64,000 nucleotides of DNA from an uncultured Clostridia bacterium (GCA_934167445.1 CAKPKJ010000001.1:26937-90936), one strand, 5' to 3'; numbered from the stretch's first letter, positions 30,249 to 40,000 are shown. Notes: generated by a model not told the origin, from the letters alone. Numbers and translations: made by a program.

Positions 30249-32597
30249 ATGAAAGTCTTATTTGCTGTAAGTAATGAAGAAATCTCAGAATCTATTGTGA
30301 AAAAATATCAAAAACAATATAAACAGATTATTTCATATAAAAACGTATATTACTTTAATGCAATATTAAAAGAAATACAAAAAGATAAATCTTATGATAG
30401 AATAGTCATAAGTGAAGAATTAGAAGCATTTACACATACACAATACGATCAAATTGATAAATTTATTTTTGAAAAATTAGATGGAATAAGTGATGAAGCC
30501 GCTAGTTCAACAGGAAAAGATATACCAATTATTTTAATTTGTTCAGATAGAAGAACAAAATCAGAAGAAATGCTTGTAAAGTTATTTGGAATAGGAATCT
30601 ATAACGCAATAATTGGATCAGACAGAAGTGTAGAAGAAGTTTGCAGATTAATAAATAGACCTCGTACAAAAAAAGAAGCTAAAACATATTATCAAATTGA
30701 ATCCGAAAGTGTAAATTATCAAAGTGAAAATGAAAATGATGTAAGTGAAGTAGAAATACAAAATATACTTGCACATTATAAAAGATTAGGAAAAAATGAA
30801 GATAGATATTTAGAAAGTTTTGATAATATTGCGGCTCAATACAATGACACACAATTAAGAATAATAAGTAAATTTTTGCCATTGAATGTTAGAGCTGTAT
30901 TGGAAGAAAGGTCACAAAAATATCAACAAGTAATGTCTTTTAATAGTAAAGTTTCAGATAAATTAAGAAAACCTAAAAAAGAAGAAGTGGACGGTACAAG
31001 TGAACAATTATTGAAACCAAAAACTAAAGAACAAATAATGTCTGGACCAGTTGTAATACCTTCATCAGTTAATATGAATGGTGCTAGAAAATTATCAAGA
31101 ACAAGAAAAACAGAAGTAACAAAAATGGAAGAACCACAAGCAGAAATACCACTACAAGAACCAGTACAAGAGCAAGTAAAGGAACCGGTACAAGTAGAGC
31201 CTGTTAAAGAAAGTGCAGAACAACCAGCAAAAAGAAGAAGAGGAAGACCTAGAAAAAATCCGGAACCGGTTGTTGAAGAAAGTGTAGAACAACCAGTAAA
31301 AAGAAGAAGAGGAAGACCTAGAAAAAATCCATTGCCAGAAGAGATGCAAGAAGAAAAACTAGAAGAACAACCAGAAGAACAACTACAACAGGAAAAACCA
31401 GATGTTGATTTAGAGCTGAAATCAGAAGAATTTGAAAGTGTGCTTCCAGGATTAGAAGAAAACGATGAAGTCAACATTACTAATAATCTAGATAGTAATT
31501 ATAGAAACAATAACTATAACAATGAAAATAATAATTATAATAGCTATAGTAGCAATTACAACAATAATGAATATAATTATAATCAATATTCAAATAACAA
31601 TTCAGCTAATTTTGAAGAAAGTGTATTGCCAGGACTTTCATCAAATGTATCATATGGACAACCAATAGCAACAATGCAAGAAAATTCAAGTGTTAATGAT
31701 AATGAAATAGAAAAAATTGATTTATCTGGATTATTGACTTCTGGTAAAAAAATCGCAACATTTGTAGGAACTAGTAAAAACGGAACATCATTTATAGTAA
31801 ACAATTTAGCAGAAATGTTGTCAACAGCAGGAATTGATGTTGCAATATTAGATACAACTAAAAATAGAAATTCATATTATATATATACAAAAAATGAAGA
31901 AGAATTACGTAATATTGCAGAGCAAACAATAACAGGACTAGCTAGAGGAATCGCTAGGGGAATTGAAGTACATAAAAATCTTACTGTTTATACTTCATTA
32001 CCAGATGAAAATGAAGCAATAGAACATACTGATAAAATTCTAGAAACATTATTGGGAAAACATTCATTAATTTTAATTGATACAGATTTTAAAACGCCAT
32101 CAAGATATTTTGAACAAGCACAAGAAATCTATCTAATTCAAAGTTTAGATGTCTTGACAATACAACCATTAACAGCATTTTTGAGAGAATTAAAATCAAA
32201 AAATATTCTAGAAGATAGAAAATTAAGAGTAGTTTTAAATAAAACAGTAAAAATTAGAGGCATAAATGATAAAACAATAATTGGAGGAATGGCATTTTAT
32301 AATGATCCTGCTATGTCATTTATGACAGAACTATTTGATAGAACATTAATAAAATATATGTCTATTCCATTTGAAGAAGAAACATATATAAAATATCTAG
32401 AAAATGTTATAGAGTGTAATATATCATTAAAAGGATATTCTAAAGGGCTATTACAGTCACTAAAAGAATTGGGAAATATGGTATATCCAACAGGAGGTAC
32501 ATCATATCGTCCGCCAACAGCAAACGGATATAACACTCAAAATACTTTTAGTCCAGGGATGACACAAACACTAAATCAAATGAAAAACAATTATTAA
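30249..32597 (+). CDS. multi-domain protein: receiver-like N-terminus, two AT-hooks, Asn/Tyr-rich low-complexity region, degenerate CpaE/TadZ/MinD-like ATPase domain
   Basis: N-terminal KVLFAV...DRIVISEEL...IPIILICSD has REC-like topology. Two KRRRGRPRKNP motifs. NYNNENNNYNSYSSNYNNNEYNYNQYSNNN tract. C-terminal VGTSKNGTSFIVNNLA is a deviant Walker A aligning to the CpaE motif GAKGGVGASTIAHNLA. Confidence 0.6.
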   Translation: MKVLFAVSNEEISESIVKKYQKQYKQIISYKNVYYFNAILKEIQKDKSYDRIVISEELEAFTHTQYDQIDKFIFEKLDGISDEAASSTGKDIPIILICSDRRTKSEEMLVKLFGIGIYNAIIGSDRSVEEVCRLINRPRTKKEAKTYYQIESESVNYQSENENDVSEVEIQNILAHYKRLGKNEDRYLESFDNIAAQYNDTQLRIISKFLPLNVRAVLEERSQKYQQVMSFNSKVSDKLRKPKKEEVDGTSEQLLKPKTKEQIMSGPVVIPSSVNMNGARKLSRTRKTEVTKMEEPQAEIPLQEPVQEQVKEPVQVEPVKESAEQPAKRRRGRPRKNPEPVVEESVEQPVKRRRGRPRKNPLPEEMQEEKLEEQPEEQLQQEKPDVDLELKSEEFESVLPGLEENDEVNITNNLDSNYRNNNYNNENNNYNSYSSNYNNNEYNYNQYSNNNSANFEESVLPGLSSNVSYGQPIATMQENSSVNDNEIEKIDLSGLLTSGKKIATFVGTSKNGTSFIVNNLAEMLSTAGIDVAILDTTKNRNSYYIYTKNEEELRNIAEQTITGLARGIARGIEVHKNLTVYTSLPDENEAIEHTDKILETLLGKHSLILIDTDFKTPSRYFEQAQEIYLIQSLDVLTIQPLTAFLRELKSKNILEDRKLRVVLNKTVKIRGINDKTIIGGMAFYNDPAMSFMTELFDRTLIKYMSIPFEEETYIKYLENVIECNISLKGYSKGLLQSLKELGNMVYPTGGTSYRPPTANGYNTQNTFSPGMTQTLNQMKNNY
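31209..31330 (+). repeat. two roughly 53-bp in-frame direct repeats, 69 bp apart, each encoding E-S-A/V-E-Q-P-A/V-KRRRGRPRKNP
   Basis: The two copies differ at only 2 nt. Confidence 0.7.
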
Positions 32598-32621
32598 CAG
32601 ATTATTGAGGAGGAAAAATAA

Positions 32622-33773
32622 GTGATAATAGCAGTAGTAGCAATATTGGTTTTTATTGTAATTGGGTTAATAATATATAATGTAACGATACATAAAAAGA
32701 TACAAAAATTTAGAAATTTGAACCAAAAGATAACCAATTTATATGTAGTTCAAGATTTTATGAATGCTATTGGAGAAACATCAACAGTAGAAGACAAAAT
32801 AAAGAAAATAAATGACATATTGATAGAAAGATATGAAATAAAATATTCTACCATAGTTGTATTTGACGGAGCAGAATACAAAATAAAAGCCTCAAATGTG
32901 GACCCTAAACACTGGGATGCATTGAAATCTTTACATGAATTAGATATGTTTAAAGACAGTATTGAAACAGCAACACCAAAATATGTTACTGTTAACAATG
33001 AGAGTGAACGACTTCCATATCAACAAATGGAATTTGGTAGAGCTAAATCTGCTATATTTTTCCCTTTATATATTGATAATGTTTATATTGGATATTGGAT
33101 AATAGAAAGTGGAACTCCACATGATTTCGATAATGTAGATATAACGGTATTAGAAGTAATAAAAGAAAATATTGTAGCGGTTTTAAAAACAGTAGTGCAT
33201 CAAAAAACATTAGAGACAATTGTTAGAAAAGATTTATTTACAGGACTATATTCAGAAGAATATTTATATGGTGAAGGAAAAAAAATAATTGATCAATATA
33301 CAATATCAACTATATGTATGTTCAAAATAACAAATATTCAACAAATAAACAAACAATGCTCTAGAGAACTTGGAAATAAAGTTATTACAGAAATAAGTAG
33401 ATATGTAAAAGAAAATTTAGCATCTGAATATGTATTTGTACGATATATGGGACCTAAATTTGTTATTGCTTTTTCAGGAGTTGAGGCAAATTCAGTAGCA
33501 GATTTTTTAAATGACATAAAAGAAAAAATTGAAACTATGAAAATAAGGTTAACAGATGAAGAAATAGAAATGTATAATTTAGATGCTAATGTAAGAGCAA
33601 AAACGATAAAAAAAGGAGAAAAACAGACAGGTAATGGGCAAGAAGCAACTCCAAGATTAAATTTTGTTATATCATCTTATTATAAAGGAACTGGGTTAGA
33701 GGAAGTTTTAAAGAAATTAGAAGAATATTTAGATAATGCTAATCCAGCGGAAAGTGATATAACTAACATATAA
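32622..33773 (+). CDS. membrane-anchored protein with degenerate GGDEF-like domain
   Basis: GTG start after GAGGAGG. N-terminal transmembrane helix. [13 protein letters not shown]...[13 protein letters not shown] follows the GGDEF fold pattern, with YMGPKF in place of GG(D/E)EF. Confidence 0.55.
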   Translation: MIIAVVAILVFIVIGLIIYNVTIHKKIQKFRNLNQKITNLYVVQDFMNAIGETSTVEDKIKKINDILIERYEIKYSTIVVFDGAEYKIKASNVDPKHWDALKSLHELDMFKDSIETATPKYVTVNNESERLPYQQMEFGRAKSAIFFPLYIDNVYIGYWIIESGTPHDFDNVDITVLEVIKENIVAVLKTVVHQKTLETIVRKDLFTGLYSEEYLYGEGKKIIDQYTISTICMFKITNIQQINKQCSRELGNKVITEISRYVKENLASEYVFVRYMGPKFVIAFSGVEANSVADFLNDIKEKIETMKIRLTDEEIEMYNLDANVRAKTIKKGEKQTGNGQEATPRLNFVISSYYKGTGLEEVLKKLEEYLDNANPAESDITNI

Positions 33774-33793
33774 AATATAAAGGAGGAATCAAA

Positions 33794-34048
33794 ATGGAAT
33801 TTGATAAAACAATGAGTTTTGAAGTGGAAAGAGAAGAAAACACTAAGTGTCAAGAAATCTTAAAAGATGTATATCAATCATTAGTTGAAAAAGGATACAA
33901 TCCAATAAATCAAATTGTTGGATATATATTATCAGGAGATCCAACATATATAACAAGTCATAATGATGCAAGAAATAAAATTAGAACAGTAGAAAGAGAT
34001 GAATTGTTAGAAAAAATGGTTAAAAATTATATAGGACTAGATAGTTAA
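33794..34048 (+). CDS. ireB: UPF0297/IreB-family protein
   Basis: [32 protein letters not shown] matches the conserved UPF0297 core. Confidence 0.75.
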   Translation: MEFDKTMSFEVEREENTKCQEILKDVYQSLVEKGYNPINQIVGYILSGDPTYITSHNDARNKIRTVERDELLEKMVKNYIGLDS

Positions 34049-34050
34049 TT

Positions 34051-34479
34051 ATGAGAATGTTAGGAATTGATTACGGTGAAGCTAGAGTAGGAGTAGCTAT
34101 TACAGATGAACTAAATATAACTGTACAAGGATTGGAAACAATACAACGAAATGGTTCAGATAAAATAGTATTACGCCGTTTAGATGAAATTTTTGCCCAT
34201 TATGAAGTAGATACAATAGTAGTTGGAATGCCCTTAAATATGAATGGGACTATATCTGAAAGAGCAAAAATAACGGAACAATTTATACATAAACTAAAAT
34301 GTAAGTATAACAAAAAGAAAATTGAAACAATAGATGAAAGATTGACAACAGTAGAAGCTCATAAAACTATGAATTTTTTAGAAGTTAAAAAAACTAAAAA
34401 AAGAGGAATTGTTGATACAATATCAGCAGTATATATATTAGAAACTTACTTGAATAGATATAAAAATGCTATAAAGTAG
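34051..34479 (+). CDS. ruvX: Holliday junction resolvase-like protein RuvX/YqgF
   Basis: MRMLGIDYGEARVGVAITD and VVGMPLNMNGT motifs. Confidence 0.85.
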   Translation: MRMLGIDYGEARVGVAITDELNITVQGLETIQRNGSDKIVLRRLDEIFAHYEVDTIVVGMPLNMNGTISERAKITEQFIHKLKCKYNKKKIETIDERLTTVEAHKTMNFLEVKKTKKRGIVDTISAVYILETYLNRYKNAIK

Positions 34480-34537
34480 TATAAAAATGTTATTATAATT
34501 TAAAATATAAATAAGTAATTTGAAAGGAGAAAAAACA

Positions 34538-34840
34538 ATGGATGAAAATAATGAAGAATTAGACAACGTTGTAATATTAAATGATGAGGATGGAAATGAA
34601 GTAAAATTTGAATTCTTAGATTTAATAGAATTAGATGACGAAGAATATGTCGTATTATTACCAATGGCTGAAGATGGGGAAGAAGAGGAAGGAGAAGTTG
34701 TTATCTTAAAAGTTGAAGATAATGATGACGAAAATTCTGATGAAGAATCATATGTAAGCATTGAAGATGAAGATGTTTTAAACAAAGTGTTTGAAATGTT
34801 CAAAGAAAAATTCAAAGATGACTTTGATTTTGTAGATTAA
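34538..34840 (+). CDS. DUF1292-family acidic protein
   Basis: Start at MDENNEE after GAAAGGAG. VILNDEDGNEVKFEFLDLIELDDEEYVVL pattern. Confidence 0.7.
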   Translation: MDENNEELDNVVILNDEDGNEVKFEFLDLIELDDEEYVVLLPMAEDGEEEEGEVVILKVEDNDDENSDEESYVSIEDEDVLNKVFEMFKEKFKDDFDFVD

Positions 34841-34874
34841 TAATAAAAATATGCAATAAATTTGCATATAGAAA

Positions 34875-34915
34875 AAGGTAAAGGAGAGAATATATATTCA
34901 TACCTTTACCTTTTA
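34875..34915 (+). terminator. rho-independent terminator
   Basis: AAGGTAAAGG/CCTTTACCTT stem followed by TTTT. Confidence 0.55.
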
Positions 34916-34943
34916 ATAATAATATAAAAAGGAGACCAAACAA

Positions 34944-35429
34944 ATGAAAAAATTTTCAACATGGATGCTTGTAATGTTTATGGTATTATTTTGGTTGTTA
35001 AGAATTGTAATTGCATTGGCATATGAATTAAAATGGAACTTTGCGGGGCTAGTACCGTTGAACCAAAGTATGGAAATAGCGTTATTGTTTGTATTTTTAT
35101 TATGTTTAATATTAATCGTAAAAAGAAAAATGATAGGAGCATTATTGTATTTACTTACATATGGAATGTATTTTGGAACAAATGTAACAAGCAATATTCA
35201 AACAATACTAGATGTGGCAAATGGCACAACAGATATAGCACAATATTTAAATTTATTTATGTCTGTAATAGGAATAATATTACCAATAGCGGTACTATTA
35301 GACTTATTGTGGGATAGAGAAAGAAAAGAAAACCCTAAAGATAAAAAAACAGATTGGTTCTATAAAAATCAAAAATTTGACAGAAAAATGGATGAGAGAG
35401 CTGATAAGAATAATTATAGAAACTATTAA
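34944..35429 (+). CDS. hypothetical polytopic membrane protein
   Basis: RBS AAAAGGAG. Four hydrophobic helices. Confidence 0.5.
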   Translation: MKKFSTWMLVMFMVLFWLLRIVIALAYELKWNFAGLVPLNQSMEIALLFVFLLCLILIVKRKMIGALLYLLTYGMYFGTNVTSNIQTILDVANGTTDIAQYLNLFMSVIGIILPIAVLLDLLWDRERKENPKDKKTDWFYKNQKFDRKMDERADKNNYRNY

Positions 35430-35441
35430 TAAAATTAGCAA

Positions 35442-35477
35442 AGCGAGTAATTGGTTGAAAATTACTTGCTTTTATGT
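35442..35477 (+). terminator. hairpin terminator followed by an extended -10 promoter element (TGTTATAAT) for rbgA
   Basis: AGCGAGTAATT/AATTACTTGCT stem followed by TTTT. TGnTATAAT lies about 10 nt downstream. Confidence 0.45.
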
Positions 35478-35619
35478 TATAATACTAGTTATGTTAAGAA
35501 AAAAATGAATATAATAATCAAAGATAAAAAGGAGGGAGTATACTTGAAAAATATAAAAAAGAAACAAAAAGATAGACAAGAAAAAACAAGCGCTAGTTTT
35601 AATTGGTATCCACGGACAT

Positions 35620-36483
35620 ATGGCTAAAACAATGAGACAAATAGAAGCAGATTTAAGAATTGTAGACATAGTAATAGAACTATTAGATGCAAGAATTCCA
35701 ATTGCAAGTCAAAATCCAGAAATAGCAAATAAAATAAAAAATAAAAAAAAGCTAGTTGTATTAAATAAAGCAGATTTAGCAGATGAAAAAGCAAACCAAA
35801 AGTGGATAGCATATTTTGAAAAACAAGGGATACCTGCTGTTCTAGTAGATTCGAATAGTGGAAAAGGAATAGATAAATTTATAAAAAAAATAGAAGAAAT
35901 AATGCAAGAGATGCTAGAAGGACAAGCAAATAAAGGAAGAGTAGGAAGAAAGATAAGAGCAATGATACTTGGAATTCCTAATGTTGGAAAATCTTCATTT
36001 ATAAATAGAATATCAAAAAGAACAACTGCTGAAGTAGGAAATAAACCAGGAATAACAAAACAAAAACAATGGATACGCATAAATGAAAAAATAGAGTTGT
36101 TAGATACACCAGGTGTTTTATGGCCTAAGTTTGAGAGTGAAGATGTGGCACTAAAACTAGCTTTTACAGGAACAATAAAAGAAACTGTATTGCAAAAAAC
36201 AGAAGTTGCATACCAATTAGTTAAATTTTTATTAGAAAATTACCAAGAAAGACTAGAAAATAGATATGGCCTAACAAACGAATACATAGAGGCAACATTG
36301 GACCAAGACCAACCAGAAAATTTTAATATATATGAAATAATGCTAGAAATAGGCAAAAAAAGAGGCTGTATAATTTCTGGTGGAAATATAGACGAAGAAA
36401 AAACAGCAAAAATAATTTTAGATGAATTCAAAAATGGAAAATTTGGAAAAGTATCTTTAGAACAACCTGAAACGGAGAAGTGA
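35620..36483 (+). CDS. rbgA: ribosome biogenesis GTPase A (YlqF/RbgA)
   Basis: DARIP...LNKADLAD...GIPNVGKSSFINR...DTPG. The conserved N-terminal NWYPGHMAK is encoded upstream in another frame (see findings). Confidence 0.85.
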   Translation: MAKTMRQIEADLRIVDIVIELLDARIPIASQNPEIANKIKNKKKLVVLNKADLADEKANQKWIAYFEKQGIPAVLVDSNSGKGIDKFIKKIEEIMQEMLEGQANKGRVGRKIRAMILGIPNVGKSSFINRISKRTTAEVGNKPGITKQKQWIRINEKIELLDTPGVLWPKFESEDVALKLAFTGTIKETVLQKTEVAYQLVKFLLENYQERLENRYGLTNEYIEATLDQDQPENFNIYEIMLEIGKKRGCIISGGNIDEEKTAKIILDEFKNGKFGKVSLEQPETEK

Positions 36484-36489
36484 TAAATA

Positions 36490-36894
36490 TTGTTAGAATT
36501 AATAAATAGAGAAAAAGAAGAAACCGATGTCAACCTAATGTCACCGTTAGTTTGGGCTTATATAGGTGATTGTGTATATGAGTTATATATAAGAAACGAA
36601 TTAGTAAATAAAACAAATTTAAAACCACACAAATTACATATAGCTTCAATTCAATATGTAAAAGCAGAAAAACAGGCAGAAATCTTACATAATATTTACG
36701 AAGAATTGACAGCTGAGGAAAGAGATATAGTGCGTAGGGGAAGAAACGCAGAAAATCATCATTTGCCTAAAAATTGTAGTGTGAAAGATTATGCATATTC
36801 AACAGCTTTTGAGGCTTTGATAGGATATTTGTATTTAACAAAAAAAGATGACAGATTAAAGCAAATATTTAATAAAATAGATGTAATAATATAA
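36490..36894 (+). CDS. mrnC: Mini-ribonuclease 3
   Basis: MSPLVWAYIGDCVYELYIRNELV matches the RNase III-like catalytic motif. TTG start, or ATG at 36538. Confidence 0.7.
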   Translation: MLELINREKEETDVNLMSPLVWAYIGDCVYELYIRNELVNKTNLKPHKLHIASIQYVKAEKQAEILHNIYEELTAEERDIVRRGRNAENHHLPKNCSVKDYAYSTAFEALIGYLYLTKKDDRLKQIFNKIDVII

Positions 36895-36918
36895 AAAATA
36901 AATATAATGCCAAAATGC

Positions 36919-36947
36919 TTGACGAACCAATAAAAAAATGATATAAA
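36919..36947 (+). promoter_or_regulatory. sigma-A promoter for tRNA-Glu
   Basis: TTGACG, 17 nt, TATAAA. Located 30 nt upstream of the tRNA. Confidence 0.55.
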
Positions 36948-36978
36948 TATTTAAGTGCTTAATTTAAGTGCCAAGTAT

Positions 36979-37053
36979 GGCCCGTTGGTCAAGCGGCTAA
37001 GACGCCACCCTCTCAAGGTGGAATCATGGGTTCGATTCCCGTACGGGTCACCA
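36979..37053 (+). tRNA. tRNA-Glu (anticodon CTC as read)
   Basis: Near-identical to Bacillus tRNA-Glu except the anticodon loop reads CTCTCAA (CUC) rather than CTTTCAC (UUC). Encoded CCA. Confidence 0.8.
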
Positions 37054-37153
37054 AAACAATAAAACATAATTAAAAGGGAGTAGCTTAAAAAATTACTAAT
37101 CAACAAACTCGACACCTATTAAGGTTCTGGTTAGTAAGCTATTAATAGTAAGC

Positions 37154-37199
37154 AAGACTTTTAAAAGGAAAACTAAAAATCCTTTTAAGAGTCTTTTTT
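37154..37199 (+). terminator. strong rho-independent terminator after tRNA-Glu
   Basis: 16-bp stem AAGACTTTTAAAAGGA/TCCTTTTAAGAGTCTT with 1 mismatch, followed by T6. Confidence 0.65.
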
Positions 37200-37273
37200 G
37201 ATATAATTAAAATTTAAAAATATGAATAAAAAATATTTAAAAGAAAAAAATAATTTTAAGGAGTGGTTAAAAA

Positions 37274-40000
37274 TTGGAAGAAAACAAATGGTTTAATAAA
37301 AGTATTGAAGAAGCAGAAAAAATATTAGAAACAAATATTCAAAATGGATTAACAGAAAATGATGTAAAAACAAAAAGAGAAAAGTATGGATTAAATATGT
37401 TAAAGGCTAAAAAGAAAGCATCACTATTACAAAGATTTATTGAACAATTTAAAGATTTTTCGATAATAGTATTAATAATTGCAGCAATAGTATCAGGATT
37501 TGTTGGAATATCACAAGGAGAAGGAATGACAGACACAATAATAATTTTAATTGTTGTACTTGCAAATGCAATAATAGGAATAGCACAAGAATCTAAAGCA
37601 GAAAAATCATTAGAAGCATTACAAAAATTAACAGATCACGCGTCAAAAGTAATAAGAGATGGAAAAATCAAAGTAATTCCAGCAAAAGAATTAGTACCAG
37701 GAGATATTGTTGTGCTAGATACAGGTGATTATATACCAGCGGATTTAAGAGTAATAGAAGCTGTAAATTTAAAGGCACAAGAATCATCATTAACAGGAGA
37801 ATCAGTACCAGTAGAAAAAACAACTAAAACGATAGAAAAAACAGATGTTGGAATAGGTGACAGAACAAATATGTTATTTTCATCAAGCTTAGTAACATAT
37901 GGTAGAGGAAAAGGAATTGTTGTTCAAACAGGAATGAACACAGAAGTTGGAAAAATAGCAGGAATGCTTGATAACACAGAAAAACAAATAACACCACTTC
38001 AAGAAAAATTAAATAAATTAGGAAAAACCTTAGGAATAGCAGCATTAGCAATATGTGCATTTATATTTATAATAGGATTAATACAAGGAAAAGAACCAAT
38101 CAATATGTTTATGACAGCAGTTTCACTAGCAGTAGCAGCTATACCAGAAGGGCTAGTTGCCGTATCAACAATAGTTTTGGCAATAGGTGTACAAAAAATG
38201 GTAAAGAAAAATGCTATTGTAAAAAAATTACCAGCAGTTGAAACATTGGGGAGTGCAACAGTAATATGTTCAGACAAAACAGGGACATTAACACAAAACA
38301 AAATGACAGTAGAAAAAATATTTATAAATGGCGAAACTAAAGAACTAGCAGAATATAAAGAAAATATAAATGAGGACTTGAAAAAACTAATTTTCGCAAA
38401 TATGTTATGTAATGACACAAAAATATCAACAGATGGAAAATTAACAGGAGACCCCACAGAAACAGCATTGGTAGATATGGCGTTCAAGCTAGACTTTGAC
38501 CCAAGTGTGTATGATAGAATGCCACGTATACAAGAAATTCCATTTGATTCTGATAGAAAATTAATGACAACTGTAAATGAGGTAAATGGTAAATACATTG
38601 TTTACACGAAAGGTGGAATGGATGAATTAATAGGTATTTGCAATAGTTATATATTGAATGGTGAAATAAAAAACAATATAGAAGAATATAAAAATATGAT
38701 CACAAAAAATAATGAGCAAATGGCAAAAGAGGCTTTAAGAGTTTTAGCTTGTGCTTATAAAGAAATAGATCATAAACCAACAAAAGAAGATATGGAAAAT
38801 ATTGAAAAAGATTTAATATTTGTTGGAATGGTAGGAATGATAGACCCACCAAGAGAAGAAGCAAAAATAGCTGTAGAAAAATGTAAAACAGCTGGAATAA
38901 AAACAGTAATGATAACAGGTGACCACAAAATTACTGCAACAGCAATTGCTAAAAAATTAGGAATATTAGAAAATGAAGATGAAGCAATAACAGGTGCCGA
39001 TTTAGAAAAAATGACAGATGAAGAGCTAGAAAAAAATGTAAGAAAATATTCAGTGTATGCAAGAGTATCTCCAGAACATAAAGTAAGAATAGTTAAAGCT
39101 TGGCAAAAAAATGGAGAAATAGTTGCAATGACAGGTGATGGAGTAAATGATAGTCCAGCATTAAAAACAGCTAATATAGGATGTGCAATGGGAGTTGTAG
39201 GAACAGATGTAGCGAAAGAAGCGGCAGATGTAATACTTACAGATGATAATTTTGCAACAATAGTTTCATCTGTTGAAGAAGGAAGACGTATTTATGACAA
39301 CATTTTAAAAGTAATTCAATTTTTATTATCAAGCAATGTAGGAGAAGTAATTGTATTATTTTTAGCAACTTTACTTACACCATTTTTTGCAAAATGGTTT
39401 GGAATAACAGACGTTGCTCATTTAGAAATATTACTACCAATTCATATATTATGGATAAACTTAGTAACAGATTCTTTACCAGCTTTAGCACTAGCATTTG
39501 ACCCCGCAAATGAAGGAATAATGAAAAGAAAACCAGCAAAGCCTGGAAAGGGAGTATTTACAAAAGGAATGACTTGGAGAGTTATATACCAAGGAGCAAT
39601 GATAGGATTACTCACACTTGCAGCATTTATGATAGGTTTAGCAACAACAAAAGAACCGATAAATGGATTATCATTAGATGAATCTAAAATAGAGGTTGGC
39701 CAAACAATGGCATTTATAACACTTGCAATGTCTGAATTAGTGCATGTATTTAATATTAGAGATAATAAAAAATCTATTTTTAAAACAAAAATATTTAATA
39801 ATAGTAAATTAATTTGGGCAATATTAGCATCAGCAACATTAATGTTTGCGATACTATTTATACCAGCATTAAGAGAAATATTTAGTATTCCAATATTGCC
39901 AACAGGAAATATATTAGAATTGGTATTATTAGTCTTTGCACCAATAGTAATTGTGGAAATATTTAAATTATTGAAAATAAATACAGCAAAAGAGGAATAA
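37274..40000 (+). CDS. Ca2+-transporting P-type ATPase (P2A/SERCA-like)
   Basis: TTG start after AAGGAGTGG. CSDKTGTLTQN phosphorylation motif. MTGDGVNDSPALK. 10 transmembrane helices. Confidence 0.85.
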   Translation: MEENKWFNKSIEEAEKILETNIQNGLTENDVKTKREKYGLNMLKAKKKASLLQRFIEQFKDFSIIVLIIAAIVSGFVGISQGEGMTDTIIILIVVLANAIIGIAQESKAEKSLEALQKLTDHASKVIRDGKIKVIPAKELVPGDIVVLDTGDYIPADLRVIEAVNLKAQESSLTGESVPVEKTTKTIEKTDVGIGDRTNMLFSSSLVTYGRGKGIVVQTGMNTEVGKIAGMLDNTEKQITPLQEKLNKLGKTLGIAALAICAFIFIIGLIQGKEPINMFMTAVSLAVAAIPEGLVAVSTIVLAIGVQKMVKKNAIVKKLPAVETLGSATVICSDKTGTLTQNKMTVEKIFINGETKELAEYKENINEDLKKLIFANMLCNDTKISTDGKLTGDPTETALVDMAFKLDFDPSVYDRMPRIQEIPFDSDRKLMTTVNEVNGKYIVYTKGGMDELIGICNSYILNGEIKNNIEEYKNMITKNNEQMAKEALRVLACAYKEIDHKPTKEDMENIEKDLIFVGMVGMIDPPREEAKIAVEKCKTAGIKTVMITGDHKITATAIAKKLGILENEDEAITGADLEKMTDEELEKNVRKYSVYARVSPEHKVRIVKAWQKNGEIVAMTGDGVNDSPALKTANIGCAMGVVGTDVAKEAADVILTDDNFATIVSSVEEGRRIYDNILKVIQFLLSSNVGEVIVLFLATLLTPFFAKWFGITDVAHLEILLPIHILWINLVTDSLPALALAFDPANEGIMKRKPAKPGKGVFTKGMTWRVIYQGAMIGLLTLAAFMIGLATTKEPINGLSLDESKIEVGQTMAFITLAMSELVHVFNIRDNKKSIFKTKIFNNSKLIWAILASATLMFAILFIPALREIFSIPILPTGNILELVLLVFAPIVIVEIFKLLKINTAKEE

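Noticed and set aside
30923-31477. Minus-strand 184-aa Ser/Cys-rich ORF
   Set aside because: Antisense shadow of the AT-hook, Glu/Pro-rich region of the 782-aa gene.
31490-31600. AAT/TAT-rich microsatellite-like DNA
   Set aside because: It is in-frame coding sequence for the Asn/Tyr-rich low-complexity domain, not a non-coding repeat.
37999-38598. Minus-strand 199-aa ORF inside the P-type ATPase gene
   Set aside because: Antisense to a gene with unmistakable P-type ATPase motifs. No RBS.
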